A stretch of DNA of 62,325 nucleotides, filler included, from Squatina squatina (Eukaryota): assembly GCA_031763465.1 (NCBI GenBank). It is 4 parts of 4 records of this genome, joined end to end, with 100 filler letters (N's around TTAATTAATTAA, not from the genome) between each part and the next. Parts side by side here need not be neighbours in the genome. Positions count along the whole stretch, not along the records: positions 18,737 to 33,011 come from JARFOE010000194.1; positions 33,112 to 48,292 come from JARFOE010605841.1; 2 more parts are not named here. One strand, written 5' to 3'. Position numbers and translations under genes: made by a program. This document shows positions 21,741 to 36,266 of the stretch, piece after piece (position 1 is the stretch's first letter; each line of letters starts with the position of its first letter). Under the pieces are notes generated by a model. The model worked only from the letters and a program-made list of their open reading frames with translations, searched no databases and had not been told where the DNA came from.

Positions 21741-24700
21741 TTCAGGAGACTCCATGTACAAAACCTGATGTGGAAAAAACATTTTGCAGTTTGTTACAAA
21801 AATGTAAAATTTAGAGAATGATTCCAAAAAGAAATAAATTACTAAGGCTACATACACACACAATTGTTAGTGTCTATCATGCACCTATTCAATTGAAGAT
21901 TAAAAATCCAAATAATGTCCCTAAAATCCACAAATTCTGTTTCAGTACAAGGTGCAGAAGCTGGTAGTTACAGTCCTTGGCTCTGTTACAAGGATATTCG
22001 ATAGAAATCATTTAAAAATCAGTTCCTTTATAAAATTGTGTACAGTAGTTATAATGACACTTCAGTAACACTTTCACAAGACTAGAAACCTCACAAGTGA
22101 GCTTACCAATCAATCTTACAGCAATGACTTTGGCTGCTAGAATCCTATAGGATATTGTTTCCAACAATACGTTTTTTTTTGCTTTACAGTGATACTGCTA
22201 AATATGATGCATTTTACATTCAGAGACCACAATGGAATCAAGTTGCATGGCAAATAAACATTTGTGGTGATATCCCAGTTAGTCAAGGAGGCCAGCTTCT
22301 TAGTGCTAAAACATTCTGACCCAGGTTATAAACAGAATAGAGAACTACAATATCAGCAATCTGCCAGTCCCTGGTAATGTCAGTAAATTCTTACTGAAAA
22401 ATAGGGGCTTCACTCTCAAGGAAAAATACCAGGTAGGACTGAGATTATGTGACTTATACGGGTCACCACCTAAGCATTCAACAAATCATAGCTGATGTTT
22501 TCCATTAAGTATTCGGTTTATAAGTTCCCTGTGAAAAGAAATAAAGATTTGATTATGGTCTCTCCTCCCCATTGATTCACAGAGTGGGATGCAGAAGGAC
22601 TATCTTTGGCAATGGTGCAATGGTTTCTGAATAAGTGCCAGCCTAAAAATCTCAGGGGGTAAAGTCATCATTAATAGATGAAGAGCACAACAGGAAATGA
22701 AAGGGAAAGCAGTAGCACAAGCATCAGAGACTGTTCTATGGAGTGTGTTCCTTCAGAGATCACACTGGATTTTCAGCGCTCAGAGTGGGACCTGCGTGCC
22801 TGAAGATGGTCAATGTTATCTGGCACCTGAAGATTTCCAGCAGAACTAAGGGTCATTTTTGTCTTGTCACACAGGACTAAACACCAACAGAAGTTTACTT
22901 TATTAAAATGCACACAAAAACTTTTTAAATTAAGCCATTTGGACTCTCAGGAGTTTTCCATGAAATTTATAGCTAGCATTAGTATTTTCACTTTTTGCAT
23001 TTGTGATTACATTTCAAGTGATAAGAATAAGGCCAATTTAATAAACAATCTGTTCAGAGGAATGCTACATGAAATTTGAGGTAGTGGTGGCAGAGATGAT
23101 GCATAAAGAAATGCATTTCCTATCCACTTGGTAATAGAACAGCTACTCTTGACTCAGCAATTACACTGCTTCTGTAATTAAAGTATGTTAAGAAACTTTG
23201 TGTGCAAATGTTCCAGTCATATTGTATTTGTTCAACAATTCTTTAAGGCTACATCTGGCAGACAAGTCCTTTTCTGTTATAGCAAGATTAGTCTGTACCT
23301 GTTTCAATGTCACTGCGCCTAGCTCCTACAGAGAAATCTTTTGGTCCCAGGCAATGCATTCAGCGCAATTACATTCTAGTAGAGAAGTGATGTACCACGA
23401 CAGGANNNNNNNNNNAGGACATCAACTTTGTAGGCCATTTTTCCAGTTCTCTTTCCACCCCTGTACATTTTCACTTCAACTGTGGGAAGTATGACCACAC
23501 ATTTCTGCGCACAGCTACCATGGACTTGTTCATGGCCGATGTCACTTGCAAAATGGTACTTTGCAACTGACTACATAGTAGAAGCATGAATCAGTTTACA
23601 TCAGATCTAATTTCCATCCCAAAAGGGAGCATCTAGCTTTTATGAGATGCTTCATCCAGTGGCCTAGCTGAAAGCTGACATAGTTCAACCAAATGAGACT
23701 AATTAGATTGACAGGCAGTCCTGATAAATTTGAGTTAAGGAGTCAACTCTACTCCTCAAGCTACTGGGTTGCCACACTTGTGGGTTTATTTTGCACATTG
23801 CCATTCTGCTGTTGTACTAATTATTCTGCAATTAAAAAATATTAAATAAAACTAAGCAAGGAGACAGAGAAAGATGTCCTGACACATCCCATCAATCAAT
23901 ACATAAAATCCTCTAATGTACCAATTAACTTTAGGGCAAAGTCAAAAGATACTAAAATTAAACAACAGAAATCAAACTTTGCTGTAAGATCGATCAGTAA
24001 ATTCAGTCATAGAACATCTGACTTTAGGTAAAAACAAGCCAAAATTATTTCCTGTTGCAACCAGTAGGTTTAGATGGTTCCTTGGCTCGGTCCGATATAC
24101 ATATTGGACAAATACTGTACTCTGCTCCTGATCTGATAAAACATTCTTTACACAAGAAATGTCAATTTAAAAAATTGCTTAAAACAAAGTTATCTGTTAA
24201 AAAATAAAAATAGAAGATTCAAAGGCCACAACCGTTAAAAAAAGTAAAAAAAAGTAAATTATTTCTCAAACAGAATTCTGACAGCAAATATTTCTGTATA
24301 AAAATTCCTTAAGTGGGAGTGCAGTGCATTGTGGGCAAGAGGTGAGCCAGCAGGGCACATTCTGCATTGCACTATGAGAGGTAAGTGTGAAGAAAACATG
24401 AGTTACAGAGTCCTCAGTTAAAGAATGCAGTTCCTACTGGGCAGATCCCAAGATATTAGACAAAATGAAATATGGAGTATTTTACATGCCTTAACCTTTC
24501 AGAAATACATGTGTCACTGATATCAGTGTGCATGATTTAAAAACACGTGAAAGACAAAATTAATGCTCATTCTTTGCTGTACAAATGTGCTCTAGTGTCC
24601 CAAACGACCACCTCATGTGTCTTAGTGTTTCTTTATTCAAGCACTTCTCAAGCCCTCTTAAAGTGATATAGCTGAAATGATTTCCAATTTAGTGTTGGTT

Positions 24701-25378
24701 TTGGGGTGGGGGTGGAAAGGGAAGCTCTTCCCTATCTTTACATTACCTGCCTAAGGTAATACATCTACATAAACTTCACATATTGGATAAAACACTATCT
24801 ACTCTGTAACAAGGCTTACACTGTGCAAGTCTACATTCGTGAACCAAATTTTCCAAGCATATTATCTGGGAAAAGCTGGTTCTCTAGAACACTAGGACTG
24901 GAAAGATGGGATCTATCTACATCTTCATTTGCAGAACAGTTTTCTAGAAATCGCCATCGACAGCCAGTGTCACCAATCTTCTCAAAGGAAGCCTCAAATC
25001 TCTAGAAACACACAATTAGGGTTTCCAAAGAACTTTCTCCAGAGAGTGAGATGGTCTACATGCAAAAGAACAGAGTCTCTAGAAACAAGTAGAAAGACAG
25101 TGCACTTCTCTCAATACGCAAAATGTTCAGGTTTCTAGAGGTCCATTGCTATAATGCTGGTATCTGGAAGCAGGCTGATACAGTCCTCATCAATCGGAGG
25201 AATATAGGCAAGCCCATGATAGGTGGAGTACTTTATCTTGAAGATTTATACCAGAAAGTTTAGGTCTCCAGTATTTAGGAAAAAATCTAAACATGGTCAA
25301 AAGATAACACCCTTCCCCATCCAAAGTGCAGTTGGATTATCCGACTGATCTGCCACGTGTGTCCTTGGCATTAACAGC

Positions 25379-25547
25379 TTATACCGATGTCTCGGACTGA
25401 AGGCGCAACACAAACTTGTGAGATTTTGGGTCGATGAACTCCTCAGAGAGTTTGATGAAAGGGATCTTTTTCACTACCACTATCAGACTGAAGTCAAGAC
25501 ATTTCAGTGTGAAAACCAAGCCATCCTTCAGGCCATTAGTCACCGCC
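25379..25547 (-). CDS. VANGL1: VANGL1 last coding exon (3' part; 5' part lies in the N gap 25548-26013)
   Basis: [55 protein letters not shown], ending in the PDZ-binding motif ETSV. Confidence 0.96.
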
Positions 25548-26371
25548 NNNNNNNNNNNNNNNNNNNNNNNNNNNNNNNNNNNNNNNNNNNNNNNNNNNNN
25601 NNNNNNNNNNNNNNNNNNNNNNNNNNNNNNNNNNNNNNNNNNNNNNNNNNNNNNNNNNNNNNNNNNNNNNNNNNNNNNNNNNNNNNNNNNNNNNNNNNNN
25701 NNNNNNNNNNNNNNNNNNNNNNNNNNNNNNNNNNNNNNNNNNNNNNNNNNNNNNNNNNNNNNNNNNNNNNNNNNNNNNNNNNNNNNNNNNNNNNNNNNNN
25801 NNNNNNNNNNNNNNNNNNNNNNNNNNNNNNNNNNNNNNNNNNNNNNNNNNNNNNNNNNNNNNNNNNNNNNNNNNNNNNNNNNNNNNNNNNNNNNNNNNNN
25901 NNNNNNNNNNNNNNNNNNNNNNNNNNNNNNNNNNNNNNNNNNNNNNNNNNNNNNNNNNNNNNNNNNNNNNNNNNNNNNNNNNNNNNNNNNNNNNNNNNNN
26001 NNNNNNNNNNNNNATAGAAGAATAATGTAAACTTAAATAAAAGGGAGGGATCCTCTTACGTATGGATTTTCTCCTTCATCTCTTTTATTGGGCTGAATTA
26101 CAGACAAGAGCCAGTTATTCATCTTGCGTTCTTAAGCTACAACTAGAAAGCCAGGATCAGATAGGTTTGATGGGTCACTAACTGCACTGTGCAGCCTGGA
26201 AAGTGACTACGTGGTTTACAAGCTTCGCCATTTAAAATTATACGGCCTGGAAGCAATTTATATATTGATCAAATTATGAATTTCTGATGAGGGATTTGTA
26301 TTATAAGTAATTTCTGGGTATGTTGATTTTGTTCTGATCAGCAATCGCTATTTTAATAGATTTTGAAATAC

Positions 26372-26606
26372 CTTTGGCGTCATGTTGTTGGTAACACAGA
26401 ATGCCAGGTGCTGCAGGATGCTCTCCATGGTGTGGTAGTGTTGCTGTCTGGTAGTACGGAGATATTTCTGCAACGCTCTTGCCATTGAAGGAAAGATAGA
26501 CTGTGCTGCATTCAAAGGGTCCATCACCTCTCCAGGAGCTTTCTGCTGCTCGTCATCCTGAAGCCGCCTGATGTGAGTAAAAGCCTCTTCAACTGCTACC
26601 ACCAAC
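26372..26606 (-). CDS. VANGL1: VANGL1 penultimate coding exon
   Basis: TTTCTCCAG| [30 protein letters not shown]...[18 protein letters not shown] |GTATTT, 235 bp. Confidence 0.96.
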
Positions 26607-26929
26607 CTGGAGAAACAACACAAGACAAAGAGAAAGCAGAAGTGATCAGTTTCCTCAACCTTTCCCTCTGACATAGCTGTCTCCTTCCACACTTTATTCC
26701 TTTGAGTGAAGTGTAGCAGAATGAATATCAGCCATGTCTTATATCCATATTAGGAATTATGATCAGAATGTCAAGCTTAATCACTGGGGTGCTGGTTAAA
26801 ATAGCTGCTGTGTACTGTGCAATAGCAAGAAATAATTAGGTTACCTGCAAAGTAGTTTTAGTTAAATGTTGTGTAGATTCCCTGTTATCAGCGGAAGCAG
26901 GACACTTCATAATGTTTCAGGCCATCTAG

Positions 26930-27231
26930 TCAGGTGAATATTGGGAAGACCGAAGCCATTGTTTTCGGTCCCCACCACAAACTCCATTCCCCAGCCACTG
27001 ACTCCATCCCTCTCCCCAACTTCTGTCTAAGGCTGAACCACATTGTTCACAACCCTGGTGTCATATTTGGCCCCGAAATGAGCTTTTGACTACATATCTG
27101 CAGCATAACTAAGACCACCTATTTCCATCTCTGTAACATCGCCCCTCTCCACCCTTGCCTCAGCTCATCCACTGCTGAAGCCCTCATCCATGCTTTTGTT
27201 ACCTCTAGACTGGACTATTCCAACACACTCC
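26930..27231 (+). mobile_element. L2-clade LINE RT fragment (intronic)
   Basis: Encodes NIGKTEAIVFG, KTTYFHLCNIA and LIHAFVTSRLDYSN. Confidence 0.85.
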
Positions 27232-28292
27232 NNNNNNNNNNNNNNNNNNNNNNNNNNNNNNNNNNNNNNNNNNNNNNNNNNNNNNNNNNNNNNNNNNNNN
27301 NNNNNNNNNNNNNNNNNNNNNNNNNNNNNNNAGTCTTTAAATTGCTATTGCCCACTACAACCACTTTGACACTGCACCAATTTCACATAGGGCCTTTACA
27401 ACCAATAGAGAAGAGAGACTTTCATACCACAACCTGAGCCGGATGTAAAAGCCAACGCTTAACCCATTGTGCCATTCAGTCCCTGAAAACATGATTTTCA
27501 ATGTGACTTCAAATATAGATGCTGAATAAAGATCAAGCAATTCTGCACGGAGAGAAGGGGAAAGTTAGAGAGAGTGCCATGCAAAATCTCTGTCGTTTGC
27601 ATCATAGCTGGCAATTATTGAGTGACAATAGTGGATTCTTGGTCTCGATCAGGGCAAGGATGTAACAAATTTGAGTTTTTTAAAAAAGTCAGTTACTGAT
27701 ATGCTCTGGATCCACGGCGGCCCACTCTATTTGCAATTGCCATGGAGACCATAGCTCTGACCTGATTTATGAGCCTCTTCATTGTGGCAGAGAGATTGTT
27801 TCTAATTTGACCCTTTCAGAATTCGAGCCTGGGTAACTGGAAGATAATAGTGTTTCATTTTGCAGGGTTGTGTGTTTAATTGTCACAAAATGAGTATTCC
27901 ATTGTTTCATGTGCTGCTGATTTGNNNNNNNNNNGATTGGCAATGAGGAATGACTGTGAATGGCTCAATGGGCTTCTTATTTACAACAAATACCCTGGGC
28001 TGCATATCAAAAGAGTATTTTTTAATTAAAAGGAATCCACCAAGATCTCCAATAATTTTGCCTTTTGGCTAAATTAAGAATTTTACAGTACACCATATGT
28101 AGGCCAAGGCTGCAGTGATTCCTCCCATTCAAAAGGATTTGCATTTATATAATGCTTTGTCATGCCTCTTCGAAAAATCTTAAAGCATTGCATTTATGTA
28201 ATGCTCGTTATATTGGAGACACATCTCAGGGCAGATGGGAGAAGCAAATGGACACCAAGTGGGAGGAAAAATAATAGGCAGATGAAAAACTA

Positions 28293-29052
<760 letters not shown>

Positions 29053-30839
29053 CTGCAAGGTAAAATGTAATGGTCAAAATTACACTTTACAAAACTTTTA
29101 CTGAAATCAACAACTAAATCAAGAACCCAATAATTTATTTTTAAAGCTTTTAACCTGCCCCAGAATGTTTTGATATATATTCTGGTTCAATGCCAATATT
29201 GCACCGGGTTTTTATCAAATCTTCCAACAACTCCCCAAACCAGCACTGACATAGAGGTCAGCATTGAGAAGCACAGAACCCCCCCAACCCACAAATAAAC
29301 TCAAGATATACTAAAATCAAATGGTTATTTTCTTAAATGTTTTATATCTATGCTATTGCAATACTTTTGATCACTCAGATCCTATATAGCTCTGCAAAAT
29401 TATTTAAAGCTACCATTTGAGAGACCAAAATTACACTTTCAATGGGATTATTTTAATCAAATCTACCAGAGAAATTACACTCTTAATTATTAGGCAAGTG
29501 CGTGAATCGCAGTATGTAATTCTGCAGAATAAGAGGACACATGGCAAAATTTAGCCATGATTTTTCTTCAAAAAGACACTTTTTCTTGAACTAGCAGCCA
29601 GAGGAAATCTTTTCACATTTGTTTACAATGTCCTTACACAGTGACTAGAGGAAATCATCCCCGTAATTACACTATTGTACCCCTTCTTACATTACAACAG
29701 TGACTACACTTTAGTCTGACACTTCCGCTATTGCTAGTGTTCTTCACAGATGGTCTTGCTCACAACTGCTACGATGTACAGGTCAGTAATTTAATCTAGT
29801 TTTGGGGAATAATTTAAATCAAAACCCCTTTTAACCATGTGTGATTTGAAGGCTGCAGNNNNNNNNNNNNNNNNNNNNNNNNNNNNNNNNNNNNNNNNNN
29901 NNNNNNNNNNNNNNNNNNNNNNNNNNNNNNNNNNNNNNNNNNNNNNNNNNNNNNNNNNNNNNNNNNNNNNNNNNNNNNNNNNNNNNNNNNNNNNNNNNNN
30001 NNNNNNNNNNNNNNNNNNNNNNNNNNNNNNNNNNNNNNNNNNNNNNNNNNNNNNNNNNNNNNNNNNNNNNNNNNNNNNNNNNNNNNNNNNNNNNNNNNNN
30101 NNNNNNNNNNNNNNNNNNNNNNNNNNNNNNNNNNNNNNNNNNNNNNNNNNNNNNNNNNNNNNNNNNNNNNNNNNNNNNNNNNNNNNNNNNNNNNNNNNNN
30201 NNNNNNNNNNNNNNNNNNNNNNNNNNNNNNNNNNNNNNNNNNNNNNNNNNNNNNNNNNNNNNNNNNNNNNNNNNNNNNNNNNNNNNNNNNNNNNNNNNNN
30301 NNNNNNNNNNNNNNNNNNNNNNNNNNNACTGTACATAGTTCCAAGTCATCCTCTAACTGCCCTCAGCTGCCCAAACTGCAGCAGGATTGAAAAAAAAAAC
30401 ATTGATTTGGTAAACCTTCGGCCTCATTAGCCAAAGTTCAACCCTTCAGTGCTGCAATGGGTGTGCAAGTTACTCTGGGCTGGGCCACGTTTAGGTTATT
30501 TGTGGTAGGTAAGAAAGCTTGGCTGTTTTTTTTTTGTTACCTTCTCACTGAGGAAATTTACACAAACTCACAGTTTGCCTTTTAAAAACAAACATTATAA
30601 AGTTTACTGAACAAATTATTTTTTAAAAAAATGACCACAACCATGAACTTTAGTGAATGCTTTCCCATTCCATTAAAAGAGAACTCCCACGATGACAAAC
30701 ATTATGATTGAACACGGAGACCAAAACTGAGACAAACAAAGTTGTCAGCAGAAAAGGTTAGGGGGTGGAGCAAAGGTTACACAGACCCACAGCGCAAGTA
30801 TAAACAGCCCGTCCTAACAAATTCTACTTCAACCACCGA

Positions 30840-31320
30840 TAACAACAACTTGCATTTAGATAAGCTAGAAACCCCCCAAGGTGTTTTAAAGAGGGGAAAA
30901 AAGATAAATGGGAATAGATTTAGGAAAGGACCCTGAGGCATGCATTGAAATTAGGAGGGGCAACCAAAAGGATGCTTTTAATTAGATCTTTAAAAATGAA
31001 GAGGTGAAGGCATTTAGGGGAGAACTGATAGTTCTGCCAAAGGTTGGGTGAAGGGAGATGATCCACAAAAGGCCAAGAATTGGAGTATCAAAAGAAACAA
31101 AAAGGGTTGTGAGAGGAGGGGGAGGACATTGCAAACAAAGTGGGGTAAGGCCATGTAGAGATTTGAAAACAAGGGTAAGGATTGTAAGTTTAATATGTAC
31201 GGGGTGGGGGGGGAGTAACTGTAGGTCATCAAGTACAGGGTTAATGGCTGACCAAGACTTAGTGCAGGATAGGCCATTGAGTTTTGGGCAAGTTGGACAA
31301 GAAGGGTATTAGGTATGTCA
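30840..31320 (-). mobile_element. Old L2 LINE 3' remnant
   Basis: AACAACAACTTGCATTT tail, plus decayed similarity to the L2 RT C-terminus. Confidence 0.6.
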
Positions 31321-31339
31321 CAGTAAATAACAGCAGGGG

Positions 31340-31610
31340 CTGGGGGGAACAATGTTAAAATTAGGGCTAGGCCATTCAGGAGTGAAATCAGGAAGGACTT
31401 TTTCAAACAATGGGTAGTGGAAATCTGGAACCCCCAAAAAGCTGTGAATGCTGGGTCAATTTAAATTTTCAAGACTGAGATCGCCAGATTTTTATTAGGC
31501 AAGGTTATCAAGAGATATAGATCAGAGATGGGTAAATGGAATTAGGTACAGATCAACATGATCTAATTGAATGACAGCACAGGCTGAGTGCCCTATTACT
31601 GTTCCTTTGT
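31340..31610 (+). mobile_element. CR1 3' fragment
   Basis: AAAATTAGGGCTAGGCCATTCAGGAGTGAAATCAGGAAG...GTGGAAATCTGGAAC...TTCAAGACTGAGATCG. Confidence 0.75.
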
Positions 31611-32791
31611 CACAAAATGTTATGTAACAGGTGTGTGCAACATTCCCTACTTAACATGGCTGACAGTGAATTTGACTGTCTGGCAAGTTCCAAGACTAGG
31701 CACATCGGCACTGGCAACGAAAAAAAATTGGGAGACAATTCACCTCAGTTTGCTCTAATATAGAGACAGAAGCAAAAAAGCAGAGACAAAGAGATACAGC
31801 AATAAAAATACAAGAGTCAGTGCGAGAGAGTACAGTAGTCTCGAACTGTGTGCAAAGCAATGGGAAATAGACTAGTATACAAGATTAAAGCTTACAGATT
31901 TGAGATTGGAGAGGAGAACAGTTTGAACAAAAAAGACCTAGACGCTCTCCCCTTTAGCAATTTAGCTTGAGGCCTCACTAACAGAACATTACAGTTGAAG
32001 AATGGAATGTATGCAAGTTCAGGGATCTCACCTCTGAAGAGGGCAAGTAGGAAAGAGGGCTGCTGAGCTAGGTTGTGGCGCAGGGTTGGGTCCAAGTAAA
32101 CCAGTTTCCTCAAAACAGCAAGACATGGCAACACCAAGCACTGCATGCTCTAGTCAGCAGAAAAAGAAAATACACAAATACTGTTAATTTTGAATAAACA
32201 TTCAAATTTTAACCAATGCAGCCTCGGAGCTAGGAATAACTGTAGTTCAAAGCAAGCAGCCAAATATGGCATTCTTGCGTATGTTTCTTCTTTTGGGATT
32301 CACCTTGTCTATTCTTGGCCGAATAATCAGGCCTGTAGTTTCCTGCAGCTTCTTGCATAGTTTTACACGCTCTTAAAATTTAGGAAGTTCATGATCTGGC
32401 AGAGATAGTGGTCCTCGGCATAACAACATAACAAGAGAAACATCTATATGGTCCATAATTTATGGAGTCCAGTTAACACATTATAATTGAGCATTTAGGA
32501 TATTGAATGCTACAACATGATAAATATTTTATACTAACAACAGCAATATCTATGTGCAGTACAAAGAAGAAGAAACCCTCCCCAAAAAATCAGGAATTCT
32601 CCAAAAAATTTCCAATGTCTCCTGAATGCAGCAAAAGGAATAAACTATTTGGTGAAGATTCTGAGGTAAGTTGGAAAGTCTTACCTTTGCTGGCTTTTTG
32701 TCTGATGATCTGGAGACTATGCTTTTCTTTTACCTAGCTATGCAATAATTGCAGTGCAGGAAAAAAATGAATGATTTGATCAGGGCATAGC

Positions 32792-33011
32792 ATCATAGGA
32801 ACAGGAGTAGACCATTCAGCCCTTCAAGCCTGTTCCACCATTCAATCAGATCATGGCTGATCTGCGACCTAACTCCAGATACCTGCCCTTGGCCCATATC
32901 CCTCAATGCCTTTGGTTAACAGAAAGCTGTCAATCCCTGAATTAAAATTAACAATTGATCTAGCATCAATTGCCATTTGCAGAAGAGAGTTCCTTTTGTG
33001 TGTAGAAGTGT
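32792..33011 (-). mobile_element. CR1 3' end, truncated by the scaffold end
   Basis: CATAGGAACAGGAGTAGACCATTCAGCCCTTCAAGCCTGTTCCACCATTCAA tail. Confidence 0.85.
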
Positions 33012-33111
33012 NNNNNNNNNNNNNNNNNNNNNNNNNNNNNNNNNNNNNNNNNNNNTTAATTAATTAANNNNNNNNNNNNNNNNNNNNNNNNNNNNNNNNN
33101 NNNNNNNNNNN
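33012..33111. other. Artificial scaffold-concatenation linker
   Basis: N44-TTAATTAATTAA-N44. Confidence 0.95.
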
Positions 33112-33839
33112 CTGCATTTCCATGAGTCTGACCCCATCTCTCCACAGTTCCAACACTCTCTAGCTTCTCCCTATTCCATCCCCACAAGCTCTTATCAGAT
33201 TCATCTCCTATATGAGACTCACTTATTGCTCCCTCAACCTTTCCCAACTCAGGTCCTGACTACTCAACTTCTACTCCTTGACTCAGTGGTTGCTGTCATC
33301 ATAAGCAGCTGATTTTCCACAGGCATTGTTACCCCCACTTCAGAACTGCTCCCATTATGCCCTTCCTCAACATTGATGGGAAAAGTGCATGGCAGACAAC
33401 ATGAAATGGCAAGCCTGCCCTTCAAGCCCCAACTTTTTGGCATGTCTGCTTACAAAGATACAGGGGATTGAGTAAGTCATGCACCTGCAGCTGCAATAAG
33501 ATGGTCAACAGATGCATTTGATCTTTAGTTGCAGGGCAAATGAAAGCAAACAAATGTACAATCTCCAAGAGAATTTTAAATTACATGAGAATACACTGAC
33601 GTTAACAACACTAACACTGATTTGTTCCTTTTCCCAGCTTCCTGCTCGTGTTGGATTTCATTGGCATCAATCTAGCAATCCTGAACTCCTGTATAAACCC
33701 CATCGCCCTGTATTTTGTTTGCCTTTAACTCTTTATTCAATTACCTTTTGAAAGTTATTATTGAATCTCCTCCCATTACTCTTTCAGGCAGTGCTTTCCA
33801 GATCACATGTTTGCTCATGTTGCCTCTGGTAATTGTGTG

Positions 33840-34560
33840 CTACATACACAACACGCGATGCCAACTCCATTTTTTTGGAACACTGAATCTTCTTTTCAAA
33901 CCAAGTGACTTCATTTCCTATTGCTGCAATAACTCCTTTTTCGGTTAATAACTTTGCACTATAACAAAAATCCTTTTAACTCCACTCGTTCGTCTCAGAT
34001 CCGGATATTTTTTACCCTCCATTCATATTTGCTGATACGCTTCCACTGCTCCATTTACTTTTTCTGTTAACCCATTGTTGGTCTGTTCAGAACGTGGCCG
34101 CCCCCTCCCTTCTCCCTGAACTCACTCTAGTGCTCCAAGAATGTGAACCCTTCCCTCCTGCACTAGTTGCACATTGATCTGGCCCATAATTCCCTCAATG
34201 ATCGGTTCAGTGCAAAACAATCCGGAGATCACACCTTGAGGCCTTGTTTTTCAGACTGGAGCCCAAGTTTAATATTTCTTCTATAAAAGTGTTTTTAAAA
34301 TCGGTGTCACTGGTTCCGGACACGGGTATTTTCTGCTCTCCTTTCCTTCCCAGAGATGGCCCCACCTGTTCCAAGATGCTCTTCCCTCCAGCACCGGGAA
34401 GGCAACGGGACCTGCGTTGGGTTGCAGGAGAGTCTGCTTATTCCCTTGATGAAACAATCGCCCACCAGTATCGTTTCTTATTCCTGTGCCCCACCTGTCT
34501 CTCACCCGCTCCCCTCAGGGTGGCCTCCAGATCCATTGTGACCCTCCTCAAATGCGTGTC
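33840..34560 (-). mobile_element. Old CR1 ORF1 (SGNH esterase-like) and start of ORF2 remnant
   Basis: Frameshifted ILVGDCFIKGI, CLPGA and LGSSLKNKAS..ISGL, resembling the ORF1 at 51170-51450. Confidence 0.6.
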
Positions 34561-34784
34561 TCTATCAACCTTACAGTCCTGAAGACCAGGTATCTTTGGG
34601 GCAGTTCCAGTAAACTGGGGCTCCCTTCACCTGTAAATGTGGTGCCCCTCTAAATGGTCAGCCACTTCCCTCTTTCGCTCAGCCCCTTTCCTGTTTCTCG
34701 TCCTGTGAGAGCTGCAGGTTTTTGCATGTGAACCAGCCCCTTTATCAGGAGAGATGTTGGATTTAAAAGAATTTGTGAAGCTAC

Positions 34785-34880
34785 CTGTGTCCATCTTCAT
34801 TCTCATTGAAGATGTTGGATCTTCTCTGCTGTTTGGACCTGCAGCCATGGTGGTGACTGGCGTTGCCAGACTTTGATGCT
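34785..34880 (-). other. Candidate first coding exon of an unidentified gene (MAAGPNSREDPTSSMRMKMDT)
   Basis: TTTATTGCAG| acceptor, strong Kozak CACCACCATGG (ATG at 34848-34846), and a weak phase-1 donor G|GTAGCT. Confidence 0.35.
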
Positions 34881-35869
34881 CTGCAATAAATATTACCATC
34901 ATAGGAGGGTTAGACAGAAATATTAAATTGATAAGGAGAACATTGCCTTATTAAACATGGTACCAAATCCCTCCTCCCCTATCAGTACTGCAACTGTTAG
35001 CCCCGGGATTGAGCATTTCCAGAGTGTTATGATCAACATTCCACATCGGATGGGACACAAACATCGTTCCAGTGAAATCCAGCAAGTACCGCTGATTTCC
35101 ACAACCGAGATCCAGACGGGCTCCCCTCAGATGAGACTCTGACTGGGAGCGCTCATTGGTAAGATTGTCAGAAAGTGCAAGGCCAAAGCAAAGCTAATCC
35201 TGGAAGAAAATATCGCGCGGGAAATCAGTGATGAACTAAATGAACCGTCACTCGGTTTTACACAGTCTCCCAGTATTGTATTATTTTTATTCACAGATTT
35301 GTGTTGAATATTTTTCAGTTGATGAGTTTTTATGTTAATTTCTGTTATTTTATGAATGTGATATCCAGCCAGGTGCATAATATATGGCTGTGTGTGATTG
35401 CTCTACTCCCGGTGGGTTTTGACAGTGTCCGTGTGTTCATGGAGATGTGTCCTGGCTGTTGCTTCTATTTGAATATATTTACCATATCTGTCATGGTGTC
35501 AGCACCTGACTAGCAAGCACCGTCGGAGGTGAAGATAGTTACCGCTGTTAACTAACATTAACACTAATATTATTCAATAAATCATGTAACTTTAAACATT
35601 GAGGTGATGCACAATATATATATTTGTAATTTATTAAGAGTTCTTGCAGTTTTAGAAATGGCCATTTATATAGAAGTGGTAGATTTGACTGATATTTTAC
35701 TGATGTCTCGCTGTGTGCGCAGTCTCGCACATTCGATCACTCAAACTACCAGTCACCATCGTTTATTTTCCCCACGGTGGAAATGTAAAAGTGATTAAGT
35801 CACTAACTATGTAAGATTCAGTTATCTGCCATTTCAATCAAGCTGGCAAGTTTAACAAACATGCAAAAG

Positions 35870-36260
35870 CAACAACAACGTGCATTCGCAGAATACCTTC
35901 AACATCGAAAAATATCCCAAGGCACTTCCCGGTACCTTATTCGGAAAGAACATGGGCACTAAACAAAAGGAGATCGAAGGAGGGTGAAAACAAAAGGTTG
36001 GCGAAAGAGTGTGTTTTAAGCAGTATCCTAAAGGAGGAGCGGGAAGTGGAGAGGCTTAGCTGGGGAATGGCAGAGCAGAGATCTGAAGAGACTGCAGCCA
36101 TAGACGAGTTGAGGAAAGGGTGAAATGCACAACAAGCCAGAGTTGATGAATGGAGTGTTCACAGCGCTGGGGTCTTGTGGTACTGGAAGAGGTTGGAGAG
36201 AGAGGGAGAGACAAGGCGACGAAAGCATTTTAGCACAAGGAAGAGCACATTTGATTGTAA
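35870..36260 (-). mobile_element. Old L2 LINE 3' remnant
   Basis: AACAACAACGTGCATT tail, followed by TAAAGGAGGAGCGGGAAGTGGAGAGGC. Confidence 0.6.
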
Positions 36261-36266
36261 ACACTA

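Noticed and set aside
27760-27790. HNEEAH-like peptide as the missing VANGL1 exon (SHNELYYEEAEH)
   Set aside because: The match is short, lacks the YY residues and splice context, and hits a stop soon after.
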